DNA of 63,604 bases, counting the filler, from Collodictyon triciliatum (Eukaryota), in assembly GCA_043381765.1 (NCBI GenBank). It is 25 parts of 25 records of this genome, joined end to end, with 100 filler letters (N's around TTAATTAATTAA, not from the genome) between each part and the next. Parts side by side here need not be neighbours in the genome. Positions count along the whole stretch, not along the records: positions 23,151 to 25,616 come from JBHJMP010008830.1; positions 25,717 to 28,228 come from JBHJMP010008831.1; positions 28,329 to 30,793 come from JBHJMP010008832.1; positions 30,894 to 33,357 come from JBHJMP010008833.1; positions 33,458 to 35,920 come from JBHJMP010008834.1; positions 36,021 to 38,483 come from JBHJMP010008835.1; 19 more parts are not named here. One strand, given 5' to 3'. Under the pieces are notes generated by a model. The model was not told the DNA's origin, did not search any database, and was given only the letters and a program-made list of their open reading frames with translations. Position numbers and translations under genes: made by a program. Below are positions 23,599-36,354 of the stretch, in pieces (within the stretch, counting starts at the first letter, position 1; each line of letters opens with the position of its first letter).

Positions 23599-24432
23599 AT
23601 GCGAAAAGGCGGATTCCAGTCAGGCCGAGACAGTCGCTCCGCCAACAGAGACGACGATGCCGACGAGATCGCGCCGCGTCCACGTTTCGGCCAAGGCCAA
23701 TTCCGCCGCGAAGAAGCGGGTCCGACCAAACACGATCCACGCGCGGCAGTTGCCGGCCGATCAAGCTTTGTTGAGAGGAGCAGCAACAACAACGACGAGC
23801 GAATGGGCCTGGGAAAGCAAGAGCAAAGCGGCCAAGGAGGCAGAGAGCCTGAGCCAAGCGCCTTCCAAGTCCGCCGCGGAGGGAATCTGTCTTATGTGAA
23901 GCAGGTGCCCAAGTTTCTGCAGCGCCTGACGCAAAAGACAGAGGCCGAGGAGGATGCGGAGCACGCGGCAAAGAGGAAGGAGCTGATGAGCAGACTGGAG
24001 GCCCAAGGCGTGGACGGAGACATGCCCGTGGTCGAGGATTACTACGGCCTGCTTCGCGATGATGAGCGGCAAGTGCAGATTCAAGCGGTGCAGAAGCAGC
24101 TGCTGAACGACGAGCGCTCAGAGCGTGGATTAGGCCCTGCTAAAACTCTGTCGCCCTCTGAGCAGGCAGGTGCGGTTGTAAGGACGCTCGATGTTATAGA
24201 GAAGGACAAGGACAAGGACAAGGACAAAGACGAGGACGAAGAAGACGAGAAAGAGCCACCGTTTGTCAATGGCAAGCCGGTTTATCGAAAGCAGAAGAGG
24301 AAAGAAGGTGATGCAGAGAAGGCTTCCACCTCGACAAAGAAGCACCTCGCGCAGATGCCGAAGAGAGAACCCTCCAAAGGGAAGCTGTCGTTCTCGCTTG
24401 ATGGAGGTGGGGACGATGATGGTGATGGATAA
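23599..24432 (+). CDS. KIAA1143/DUF4604-like intronless protein
   Basis: 277-aa GC-rich ORF with LSYVKQVPKFLQRL and C-terminal KLSFSLD plus acidic tail. Confidence 0.6.
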   Translation: MRKGGFQSGRDSRSANRDDDADEIAPRPRFGQGQFRREEAGPTKHDPRAAVAGRSSFVERSSNNNDERMGLGKQEQSGQGGREPEPSAFQVRRGGNLSYVKQVPKFLQRLTQKTEAEEDAEHAAKRKELMSRLEAQGVDGDMPVVEDYYGLLRDDERQVQIQAVQKQLLNDERSERGLGPAKTLSPSEQAGAVVRTLDVIEKDKDKDKDKDEDEEDEKEPPFVNGKPVYRKQKRKEGDAEKASTSTKKHLAQMPKREPSKGKLSFSLDGGGDDDGDG

Positions 24433-25730
24433 ATGCTGGGCTCAGACTTTTCGTGGTGGGTCCAGTAAAATGTACCGGCTAATAAACATTCTTCCTGCCT
24501 TAAGAACGCATATTGTTTAGCTCTGCTTCTATACTTGCCTCTATCTTTACTTCTGCATCTTTCGATTGTTCCGTCTTTATATTGGGTGGTAAAACGCGAT
24601 TATTGCTCTCATCACCCAGCCAATTCTAAAAACCTCTATCACGATGACTGAATTATTTCATGCTAAGCTGTTACTCTGGTTATAAAATGATATTACCTGA
24701 TAAATTCACCAGCAAATTACCTCAGACATGAATAGTATCGACAAATATATCATTTTTTATTATTTCCACAATTGCAGAAGTCTCGTTGCGCTGGATTAGG
24801 AAGCTCCGTTTTTACTCCTTTTTCTCTTCGATTTTTTCTTCGATAATATTCAAAATTAAAAAAAATGAGAAAGAAAACCTTCTTGTGCGGTATCAGGCAG
24901 CAAACATACCCAGACAGGCAGCTCTCCGTGGCCTTCTCCGCCTCTGTACTAAATTGCACATGAAGGAGGGTTTCCACGCTTCTTACTACTTACAAGCAAA
25001 TCCTGTCATAATCCAAATATCTAATATGTATATATAACTGATACACTTTATTCTAACTATATTGAATAAAATACTATCACAGAACAAAAAAAACTCGTTA
25101 TAATGATTAGTAAATAATTAAATAAAATATGCGCTTTGTGTTTTCTTTTAAAAGTTTTTTTTTGTCTCTTTGAAGATGTCCGTACCCCTTCAAAGTAAGA
25201 CTGAGAGGGCGGACAATACAACAGGGCAAAACAAATTGGCAGATGAGCCCAGAACAAAGTTGACAGATACATCTGTGCGAGCGAGCAGCGTTCTTGGCTT
25301 TGGTAAATTCATCTACGAAGCCCGACAATGGATTTTATTTGCATCATCTATTTTTTCTATTTACTTCATTTTAATAATATGAATGATTTATTTGTTTATT
25401 GTCATTTTTATTTATTTATTAATGAGTGTTCCTCAATTTTCTAACATTCTGGAATGCGAAATTAATCTCAGCTAAATATGAATTGAATGATCACAGCTCT
25501 GATCTTATTATTTTTTACAGGCTAAACAGTTCAATGAGACAATATCATTTCGCCATAATTATATGTATATCTAAAATGCGCCATATATCTGTGTAGCGGA
25601 GCAAGGTGGCCTTCGTNNNNNNNNNNNNNNNNNNNNNNNNNNNNNNNNNNNNNNNNNNNNTTAATTAATTAANNNNNNNNNNNNNNNNNNNNNNNNNNNN
25701 NNNNNNNNNNNNNNNNAAATGTAAAATAAC

Positions 25731-28228
25731 CTTTCCACGTAGTTGCTGAGATTGGTGCATCCAACAAAATGGAAAAATACATGCAGCCCAGGATGCTTCA
25801 GCCCTTCAAGGTCTCTCGCTGTAGCAGCCATCAGCGACGACTTTCCAATCCCAGACTCGGCAGCAAGAACGATGATTTTGGATTTCTCGGTGTTCAGCTG
25901 ATTCATGGCCTGATAAAAAAAATTATAGACAAGAAAAGAAAAATCAAAGGATATTGTGGACATTTTAATTAATTTCTGTTTATCTTCATCCTACTTGCTT
26001 CGTGATTGTCTTGAGAAGCTCCTTTCTTCCACCAAACCCAGCCAGTCGATGCATCTTGAACTGGTGCTGCGCTTGGTCTTCAGGGTCTCTCACCTAGGTT
26101 ATAGTTATGTCAACAAAATATAAATGAAATATATACCTTACCAATCATTACTGATATCCATAAATCCATAGAAATAAAAAATACAGTTTGATTCCCAAAG
26201 TCGCGCTCGATGGCGTAGGAGAGGTGGTAGGTCATAAAGTCCGAATACTCCCTCGCTCCTTTGTAGACAACATGCCCGAACTTGGCCTTAACTTTCCCTT
26301 TGAGCTCCTCCTGCCTCTTACGCTAGAAAAATACATTAAAATAAATGTCAAAAATTGAATCATTAAATAAACGTAAAATAATAACTTGAAAACGAAAACA
26401 TCAGAATTTCTATCAATTTTACCGCCTCTTCGCTTTCAGCTTGGAATAGCTTTCTTTCTTCCTCGCTCTTGGCATGTTGGACAGCATAGTGCTCATCGCG
26501 GAGGTAGAAGAAGGCGCGGCTGCATGCTGGTTTGTCAATCAGACAGGCGTACTGAATCTGAACATGAATAATGACTAAGAGAATGATTTGTTTATTTCTC
26601 AATTGTAATTACTCATAAAAAGATACAGAATAAAATGTATACATTCACCTCACCTCGTATTCAGTGACACTCAACCCAGGCATTCCGTCGATGAATGGGA
26701 ACCGGCTATTCGTTTCACTGCGCCATTCCACAGAGATATCCTTCATGGTGGCATCAGGCTTGGTATTCAGCAGCTCCTTAAGGCGGGCTTGTTTATTCAG
26801 CCCCGTTTTGTTCTGGTCAGGAATCCAGCCGTAGCGCGCACCGAGAGAGCACACAAAGTATGGGCACTTTCCGATAGAGTCCAAACAGCGAATCACAACC
26901 TTGAAAGCAACGAGAGAAAATTGAAGTTCATTATTTTATAAATTGCGGTATAAAAAAATTTCAAAAAATAATATTAATAATATAGTAATTACCCATCCCT
27001 CGCTACTGTCCACAGAAGTCAGTCCCCAGCGCAAGTCGATAAAGACAAGGTCCACTCCCAATGATTTCGCAAGTCTTTTCAACCTGACATTGAATTTATA
27101 TTGTAAGGAAAATAAAAACATCAAATTATCATTCCTTATCATAGATTTATTTATAAAAATGTTTGGATTAAACTAACTCAGGGGCTCCGTTCTTGAAAAA
27201 CTCGTCTCTTTCTTGCTGCATGTCACGGAAAGTCGAGGAAAGGAAAACACGGATGACACGCTCGTCAAAGACAATGAGCGGCAATGGTGTCGATGTCACG
27301 TATTTTTGTGGAGCCGGATTCCACTTCTTGTATTGTCTCTCCTTCAGGTCTTCACGAGCAAGCTTCATCTGGTTTGAAAAGGACATTATATACCACCAAA
27401 CGGAATGATTTTGGTCAAATTTTAATTATTTCATTTATTAAATTATTAATTGCCTTGTCAAGAAGAATGCAAGTGCGGATGAGCACGACAGAGCCTTTTT
27501 CTTCCAGACCAAGACCTGCATCAATATTTAAATTTAATTTAGTTAATATATTGAAATATTATCAAATAAAAATATCACAGAAAAAGATAAATATAAATCG
27601 GATTTCAACCATGAAACGGAAACGGGGCCTTCGCTCTTTCGTAGAGCCTTTTGGCAATATCGTACCTCTCATGACATTTTTTCTACAATTTTAACGATTG
27701 GATATTATATTTCGGCATGGTTCAAAAAAATATAAAAAAAAATCTTAAATATGAAAGATTAAAAGGAGGTGTATTTTGTTACCCCAAGACTTCCCAAATG
27801 GCCAACACTTTGCCCAATAAGGTAATGGAGCATTGCATTGAGCGAATCTGTAGGAATATTAACATGTCAATTACCCATACAAAATAAATGGATGATATGT
27901 GGAAAGTTCCAAAATTATGTCCCTCTAAAACAAATAAAGCAAACCAGCGTAATGGGCCTGAGAAGCAACAGCCTCATAACGCACATTCAATTTCAGAAAC
28001 CAATCAACAATGAGTTTTTGATTCTCGTCAACAAGAACGTCTTCCTCAATAGCTTTGTCACTAATATAAAAAAGGGATGAAATACCAATCCATGAAGAAA
28101 TAAACTATAAAAATTGTGAACTTAGTAAATAAATCATACGCAAACAAGCGGGAATGGTAGCTTCCCAAGGACTTTCCGGTAACCGCCTCAATCAGCATGG
28201 CCAAAAAAAACCCGTCCATAAAGTCATC
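25731..28228 (-). CDS. DUF4062 + NACHT (STAND NTPase; TEP1/NPHP3/TTC41-like) protein, internal fragment
   Basis: Spliced: RVIRVFLSSTFRDMQQERD...FIDLRWGLT...CLDSIGKCPYFVCSLGARYGWIP...SVTEYEIQYA...AFFYLRD, then Walker A VLAAESGIGKSSLMA and FFHFVG. Confidence 0.88.
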
Positions 28229-28328
28229 NNNNNNNNNNNNNNNNNNNNNNNNNNNNNNNNNNNNNNNNNNNNTTAATTAATTAANNNNNNNNNNNNNNNN
28301 NNNNNNNNNNNNNNNNNNNNNNNNNNNN

Positions 28329-29421
28329 ACTCTTCTAGGGTCGTTTCTTTGGTATTTTCAACGGGAAACTCCTTCCTTTGTTCTGTAAGCTGTATAATCC
28401 CTTTTTCATCAGTCTTTTCATCAGTCTTTTCTTCATTCTTTTCTTCATTCTTTTCTTCGGTCTTTTCTTCAGTCTTTTCTTCGGTCTTTTCTTCAGTCTT
28501 TTCTTCAGTCTTTTCTTCGGTCTTTTCAACGGGTAACTCCTTACTTTGTTCTGTAAGATGTATAAATCCTTTTTCATCAAATTCTCTTTCCTCTGCTTGC
28601 TCAAACGCTTCAAAATTATCCTGCTCGTAGCTTTCTTCAGCCTTTTCTTCAGTCTTTTCTTCAGTCTTTTCTTCTGTCCTTTCTTCAGTATTTTCTTCAG
28701 TCCTTTCTTCTGTCATTTCTTCTGTCTTTTCTTCTGTCTTTTCTTCTGTCTTTTCTTCAGTCTTTTCTTCAGTCTTTTCTTCAGTCTTTTCTTCAGTCTT
28801 TTCTTCAGTCTTTTCTTCAGTCTTTTCTTCAGTCTTTTCTTCAGTCTTTTCTTCAGTATTTTCTTCAGTCTTTTCTTCAGTTCGTTCTTCAACTCCCAGA
28901 TATATAATTTCGTCATTTTTGGTATCTTCTGGTTGTTTGAATGTCTCAGACTTCTGCTGTGGGTAGTTTTGATGGCTTTCTTGAGTTTTTCCCATTGGAT
29001 TATCCATAAACTGTTGCTCCAAAGATTGCTCTTCAGTGTAAATTGGATTGTTTGATCCGTCTTGCAACAGTTCGTGACTGACGTCTTTTGTCTTCCCGTG
29101 TAACTCATTTGGTACATCGTATTCATCCTGTTGGCTTACATGCATGTCTTCATCACGACCAAGAGATGGAGGCTCTATTTCATCACAGTATTCATCCGGC
29201 TCCTCTTGAATTTCATTTCTTCCCTGCTCTGAAATCTCGATCGGCTGCTCTTGAATCTCGAGTGCATTTTGGATGTAACTATGAGGCCATTGATTTAATT
29301 CGATTTGTTGTGTTGATGTTCCCAATGCTTCATTTGTATATGCTTCGTCTCCTCCGCTCTGATTGGCTAGTGAATCGAGTTTGTGTAAGTCCTTTGACTC
29401 ACTCTCATGTTCATTAGTCAT
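28329..29421 (-). CDS. Acidic low-complexity protein with (TEEK)n repeats, 5' part
   Basis: Open frame of ~364 codons from ATG; 12-nt coding repeat ACTGAAGAAAAG. Confidence 0.65.
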
Positions 29422-30894
29422 TTACGAGATAGAGGGAACGATTTAAAAGGAAATGTGAATATTAGGAGAGTCCTTTCTGTTTGTAGCCTCCTCCAATTTG
29501 ATAGGTGCGACCTAAGTAAATGAATTTATGATGTATTTTTGATATTCAATTATTATTATTATTATTATTTTCGTCTTATGGTACTTGCAATGATTATATA
29601 TTGCGATTCAAATAAAAAAAGAGGAAGGAACCGATGAAAAGCTTACAGCGTTTCATAAATTTACATCATACAATCGAACCATTTATTTTTTTTACGTTTG
29701 TCGGTACATACAAAGCTTAGGGAGGTGCATTCTACCCATAGATCCATAGGAAGGAGAAGAAAAGAAGAGAAGCGGGGATAGATAGAAAAATTTGTTTTGC
29801 CTCTGCTTTACTTTCTCAACTAGTTTTTTAACATATATTCAAAATTCTCTTTCACGTCATCCTTTTATTCTAAACTTATATCCTAATAAGAAATTCCCTT
29901 CCCTCACGAGCCACGAAGTAAATATAGTTGTGACACTATTTATGCAAACCGAGGCTAGAAAACCAAGGTCCGCCCCTTTAAAGTTGCATTAAGCGAGGGA
30001 AAAAGAAGAATATGGTATTTTACTATCTCATGACTCTCATATTCATTCTATCGGTATGGCAAAAGGATCGAGAATTTTTACAATCATTTGTGTAAAAAAA
30101 AAAAAAAAGTCAAAAAATAGAGATCAAGCTCTTGTCACCATCAACAACGCGAGGATCATCTGGGGCGGATCTAATGATGCAGCAACACACGGCTTTCCTT
30201 CCGCACTTCTGGTTGCTCACAGGCACAGGCTTTGACAGCCATTCCACTTTATTGCCACGCACATACACCTCCTGGCTATAGTGGATGCGAAAGTGTGTGG
30301 CAACCCGAACGATGATTGTTCATGTGCTCGTTTTGAAGGCGCGGTGGGTCTCTCCGTCTGCAAAAAACAGGTCTTTGTCTTCCACATATGGGTGAACGGC
30401 AGAAAATAGATTGCAACGGATGACGCTGACATCAACTGAAATTCTAAATGTGGGTAATACATTAAATCAGAAATAATTACTTGCCTGTGGCTTTAAAGAC
30501 ATGTATAATTGATGCATCTGTCACTGATATGGATATTAATACTTGAAATGTGAGTAGATCCAGTAACTGAATCGCAAATTGACTTCCCTGCTCCCTTTCT
30601 ATCTGAATGCCACGTCTACATTACATATTCCAGATTGGTAAATTATCAGAGACAATCAGCACATGATCGGCGCCTCTTGCGTCGCGTTTTGTAGGGCAAG
30701 TATGTTTAAACAAAAAAACAAAAAACCAAAAAACCAAAAAACCAAAAAACCAAAAAACCAAAAAACCAAAAAACCAAAAAACCAAAAAACCAANNNNNNN
30801 NNNNNNNNNNNNNNNNNNNNNNNNNNNNNNNNNNNNNTTAATTAATTAANNNNNNNNNNNNNNNNNNNNNNNNNNNNNNNNNNNNNNNNNNNNA

Positions 30895-30994
<100 letters not shown>

Positions 30995-31139
30995 GAAGGA
31001 TAAGAAAAAGGGTATTAGAAAAGTAAAGCCTAACAGCAGCTTTCCTGAGCATTGCAACTACGAATCTAATCCACAACTCCTGCCGCACCCAAAGAATTGT
31101 TACAAAACACAGCCAATCATATGATCCCTAGAAAGCATC

Positions 31140-31945
31140 AACCCTCGCAACCAACGCACTGCAACCATACAACTCCCAAGAAAGAGGAGGCCATCCAAGA
31201 AGCCCCTTTCCTTTTATAAGGTCTCGGCATAGCCCTTCTAGAAGACGAAGGTGTGGTTGATTGCAATGCTTTGGAAAACTAGCAGAAGCATTTTTCCATA
31301 GGCAATTCTTGTTTTCTTTTTTATTTTCAAAGTTTTTTTTGGGGATTTCGATCAGTTGACTCTCTCCATTTGGCTCTATTTTTTTTAAACCTTTCTCAAG
31401 GAACAACGAACATTTTTTCGTAGCTCTTGTTTCTACAAACAATCGATCATCCCTCGCAGCTTCCGCCATTTTTCCGAGACGCCCAATATATGCTGCCCCT
31501 TCCTTCACAAATTATTACGGATGCCAGAAATTTTCAGGAAGCTGTCGAGCGTGTTTCACACCCCTTCCGTCCTTCCTCGTCGCAAACCCCTACCCACAAA
31601 CGGCAAATGGATGACGCATTTGGAGTGTGCTCCAGCCCCTTCTAAGCGCCCACTGCACAATTTCTGGAAGGAATCTGAGCACCAGGGCATATCCTTTTGG
31701 AAATGAATGTCTCAGCTACTTTCCAATCGAGGATATCCAACTCTGGAAAAGGGTGCAGCGACTACACCTGTCGCCGGTGCATCAAGATACCAAAATATCG
31801 CCATATGTTTGATACGATACTTAGCAGTGCGTTGCATCAGATCCGAACGCCATCGGGCTGTTGTCTTTGTGGGGTACTTACACGCTCGTCCCTGCTTTCG
31901 TACACTTGCGCACTGGGCTCACCTGTGGTTGGGTGGGTACGCGGG
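31140..31945 (+). mobile_element. Possible highly degenerate non-LTR retrotransposon remnant
   Basis: Frame-broken pieces IQLPRK/RGG and LWKRVQRLHLSPVHQDTK/YRHMFDTIL...CCLCGV...YTC...GWV resemble the RT-thumb and zf-RVT regions of LINE ORF2. Weak similarity. Confidence 0.3.
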
Positions 31946-32201
31946 GCCTGCTCTTTGAATTTCCAAGAGCACACGCATTTAAAAGAAAAAAAGAAAAAAA
32001 GAAAAAAAGAAAAAAAGAAAAAAAGAAAAAAAGAAAAAAAGAAAAAAAGAAAAAAAGAAAAAAAAGAAAAAAAAGAAAAAAAGAAAAAAAGAAAAAAAGA
32101 AAAAAAAGAAAAAAAAGAAAAAAAGAAAAAAAGAAAAAAAAAAGCTAAATGATCACATCTTGCTTCCTCTAAAGTCACTACCCAAGGAAGTGTTCTCCAG
32201 C

Positions 32202-33040
32202 ATGAGTGTTGCTCCCCTTTGCCCTCGAGTTGTATACCAGATTCCTTTTTCGCATTATTGCGAGAAAGTGCGTTGGGCTCTACAGTTCAAAGGCCTGGAA
32301 TACCGCGTGGTAATTTATCATGGATGTTTTCTGTATTGGTCATACCGACTGTTCCAACCCGTCAACTATATGCATGTCTTAAGTTTCATTTCTCTTCATC
32401 AAGGTGGACATCAATCCCACTGGAAAGCAAAAACTTCCGCAGGGCGTTCGCAAACTCTATCCCATCTATGAAGATCAGGTTAGTCTGGTCTTTCAACAAA
32501 CGATTATGAAAAAAATAAAAGGAAAATGCAATTCCTATAATTTATGTATTATAAATATTATTCTGTCGGAAATATAATAATACTTTTTTTTTTAAAAAAT
32601 TATTTCCTTTGATTTATATTTCTTTGTGGAGTTATTTGAGTGTCAGAGGGGTTTGATGTTTCTCGCGATATTGTCATTTTTCATTGTCTTCTGGTCATTA
32701 TAAGTATTTTTTTTATGACATATGCTTTTCAATATGGGACTTTATTATGATGAAAGTAAAAAGTTCCTGAATGTATTCAGTAGTGAATGAGTATGAAATA
32801 ATTAACGATAGTTCAATTTTGAACTATATCATCTATTGGTAACAAGCAATTTTCGGTGATTCCAAACGCCATCTTTGATTTTTTTTTTAAATTTTATTTC
32901 GATTGACTACAGGAACTTGGAAAAGCTTTAAGTGATAGTACACCGATCATAAAGTTCTTAGATACTGAATATCCAAACACTCCTCGACTGTTCCCTCTCG
33001 ACCAAGAGCTGTCTACAGAGGTGGAATCTTGGTGTATTAA
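32202..33040 (+). CDS. Glutathione S-transferase family protein, 5' exons
   Basis: YQIPFSHYCEKVRWALQFKGLEYRV|VDINP...YPIYEDQ|ELGKALSDSTPIIKFLDTEYPNTPRLFP; exons 32202-32309, 32404-32478, 32913-33040. Confidence 0.88.
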
Positions 33041-33937
33041 GTAAATTCATGCACTTAATTAATTAGCATTCTTGATAAGAGAAGTGAAGAAATTTAAATA
33101 ATAATACAACAAAGAGATTCCAATGGAAGTTGTCTGGAAAGAAAAAAAAAATACCTGTCTCTTGAGTACCTCTCATTTGTGTCTTTAACAATTTTAAAGT
33201 ATTATCTACCACCAAACCTGAATTTAGTTTAAAAGAAAATCTTTTATTCTTCTTTAGTCCTTACTTAAACACGATTTAAATTTTATTATGAAAATAAATA
33301 AAAAATAAATAAAAAATAAATAAAAAATAAATAAAAAATAAATAAAAAATAAATAAANNNNNNNNNNNNNNNNNNNNNNNNNNNNNNNNNNNNNNNNNNN
33401 NTTAATTAATTAANNNNNNNNNNNNNNNNNNNNNNNNNNNNNNNNNNNNNNNNNNNNTTCTTCTTTTCTTCTTTTCTTCTTTTCTTCTTTTCTTCTTTTC
33501 TTCTTTTCTTCTTTTCTTCTTTTCTTCTTTTCTTCTTTTCTTCTTTTCTTCTTATCTGGCATTATCATCGTTTACCACACGGTATGGATGTTGGTGTTTT
33601 GGTCACGAGTTTTTAGGCCTTTGCGGGGTAATGCGCAAAGCAGGATGAATCAATACACCAGAACGGCTCCGTTGTTTGGGTGGGCTGAGTCGGTGCGTCG
33701 GTCACTCATTTGTGGGCATCATGCTTTAGTTTTCAACCGGAGTATCTGCCTGTGTAGGGATGTTGTTAAGCTGGCTTCTTTTTTTCAGTCCGATATTGGA
33801 GCGCTTTCTTTTCAGGGTATCATAGGAGATGGTGATATGCAAGCCCCCCATGAAAGATTAGATAGTATGGTGGAAGTGCATCACAGGGGCATTAAAGAGA
33901 AGAAAACTTTCGTGCAACCCAGAACTTTTGTGGGGAA

Positions 33938-35731
33938 TCATCCAACCTTAGACACCCATTCTGACCAGGCTCCATCGTAGAGGGATAAATCGAGGTTTGG
34001 ATTCGTTTTATACAAGGCAAAGTAGAGAGCAGCGGCTGTGACGCCTGTTGCACATGTAGTCGTTATCGGCTTTGCAGTAAAGAAACGGAGAGAGAGAATA
34101 TTAATAGCCATCAAGAAATCATCCCAAGAAGCACAGGTCACCAAAGCCCCATGCATATAAAGTAAGGCATAAATATATATAATCTTATGAAAGTGAACAA
34201 CAGTGCAGTTCATCGCTTCGTAGCGAATTATGGTCATTTACATTCAATGGAAAAAACACTTTAAACAAAGCTCTTATCGAAATATAGATCAGTGTTGCTT
34301 GTCATACCTTGTCGAAGGATAAACCAGCTTGTCTAAACTTATTGATTAGTTGGTCATCGGGGAGATATACTTTATATGCACCGTCTGCCTTCGCCTCCAG
34401 TAAGTCGTCGGATGGCAAGTTAAGAGAACCGGGAATGTGTCCGCCTCTTAAACCAGGACGCGTATCAGGAATAGGAGCAACAAACTTATCTCGTGGTCGT
34501 GCATCTACAACCTTGCATACGTTTTTATTCACAAAGGGCTGCAGCAAGCAGATGGGGGCTATGTTTTGCGAAAATGTATCTAAAGTGTCTGAATGAAAAT
34601 TCAAGCTTCATTTTTCTTTTTTTTCTTCTTCAGAGTTTATTCACCTGATTTGTTTTGATGGAAATGTTGTTTTTCATTTGCTCCATATTTCGAATCATAT
34701 TCCTTTGTATATTCGCCTGATAAGAGCATGGAGAGCGGGGACTTGTAAAAGGGCCATGTTCTAGTGGCCTCTCCTCAAGTTTCCATTTGGGAAGACCGCC
34801 CTCTAAAATCGATGCCTTCTGATGACCAAACACCTAAAGATGATTTTATTTTATTTTATTTTTTGAAGGATTATTGGCAACTATTGATTTTTCTATAAGA
34901 AAACAACTTATGTTAAAATAATGAAAGTAATAAATACTGACACTATTTTTAATACTAACTCTGATATTGATACTGATATTGATACTGATATTGATATTGA
35001 TACTGATATTGATACTGATATTGATACTGATATTGATACTGATATTGATATTGATACTGATATTGATATTGATACTTATACTAATACTTTTAAGAAGGAG
35101 AAAACACGATAAAATAGCAAAGCTAAATCTTCACCTTAAAAGTCCACCAGGATCTCTGTGCACTCCATCCATTCGTATCGTAGAAAACGACATGATCTTT
35201 ATCTGAAACACCCATGCCACCTTATTTTCCCAGACAAAGAAAGGGTCACATGTGTTAATGAATGGTTATATAAGAATCTATTCATTTTTTTCACGCAAAA
35301 CCATCTCCATATGCACTTTGAAAGACAATGATGATTTTTTAGTTAGTATGCATAGAAAAACTGTCATATTTTCTCATAGTAGTATTACCTATGGTCGATT
35401 CGAAGAGGTCTATTGATGGTATTTTAAGGAATGGGGATGAAGCACACTTGACGGAGCCGATGTTGAATCGACAAGCAGATGGTATTCTCTCGGCGATAAA
35501 CTCCTGAACAGAGTTTTGTTCTTTAAAAATACAACTAATATACTGATGATTCAGTCTTTTATTTCACCAACCTATATAATTTTGTTTCATTCGATGCATG
35601 AATCATTCGATTAACCCATTAAAAAGATGAAAGAGTTGCCTCATTTGCGTTCCTCTGCTGGATTGGTGGATACCACGAAGCATCAATTACCCTAACGCTA
35701 CTTAAGTTATCTGACAGCCAATCTGATGAAA
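33938..35731 (-). CDS. MPST: Two-domain rhodanese / 3-mercaptopyruvate sulfurtransferase
   Basis: VSSDWLSDNL...VIDASWY, VVFYD...SAQRSWWTFK|VFGH...LEGGLPKW, VVDARPRDKF...GGHIPGSLNLP, active-site CATGVTA and LYDGAWSEW. Confidence 0.9.
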
Positions 35732-35863
35732 CTGTGTGATACAATAAAAGCATATTTGAGATATCTAGAATTATTTATACATAGTTCGGCAAATTAAACA
35801 GAAAATGCATATGCAAAGCTTCCCATTATTTTATGTAACTCAACTAATGTGTTGCTATTCGAA

Positions 35864-35920
<57 letters not shown>

Positions 35921-36354
35921 NNNNNNNNNNNNNNNNNNNNNNNNNNNNNNNNNNNNNNNNNNNNTTAATTAATTAANNNNNNNNNNNNNNNNNNNNNNNN
36001 NNNNNNNNNNNNNNNNNNNNTACATACATACATACATACATACATACATACATACATACATACATACATACATACATACATACATACATACATACATACA
36101 TACATACATACATACATAAAGACTTTCAAGCCAGGATAGGTGGTTTTATTCTTTTCCGTTGAGAAGCCTTCATGAGAGGGCAAGTCTAAAGTTTGAACTG
36201 TGCTCGTAGTTCTTTTTTCCTTCTTTTTTCTTTTATCCTTTTTTTTGTTATATTGCTTATATCTTTTTTATGTTTTTTAATCTTTTCGTAAGTTCATCTG
36301 GCTGTTTTGTGTAAAATAAAGGCATCGGGAAAAGGAACCAAGGGAACGGTTACT

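Noticed and set aside
7296-30322. Stop-codon reassignment suggested by TAA at a Tyr site in WDR27, TAG in Fanzor and a lone TGA (30320-30322, minus) in an otherwise open frame
   Set aside because: TAA, TAG and TGA each end an apparently intact gene here (HslU/SLC12, PTP4A, TPR), and conserved Trp uses TGG. The WDR27 and Fanzor loci also have frameshifts.
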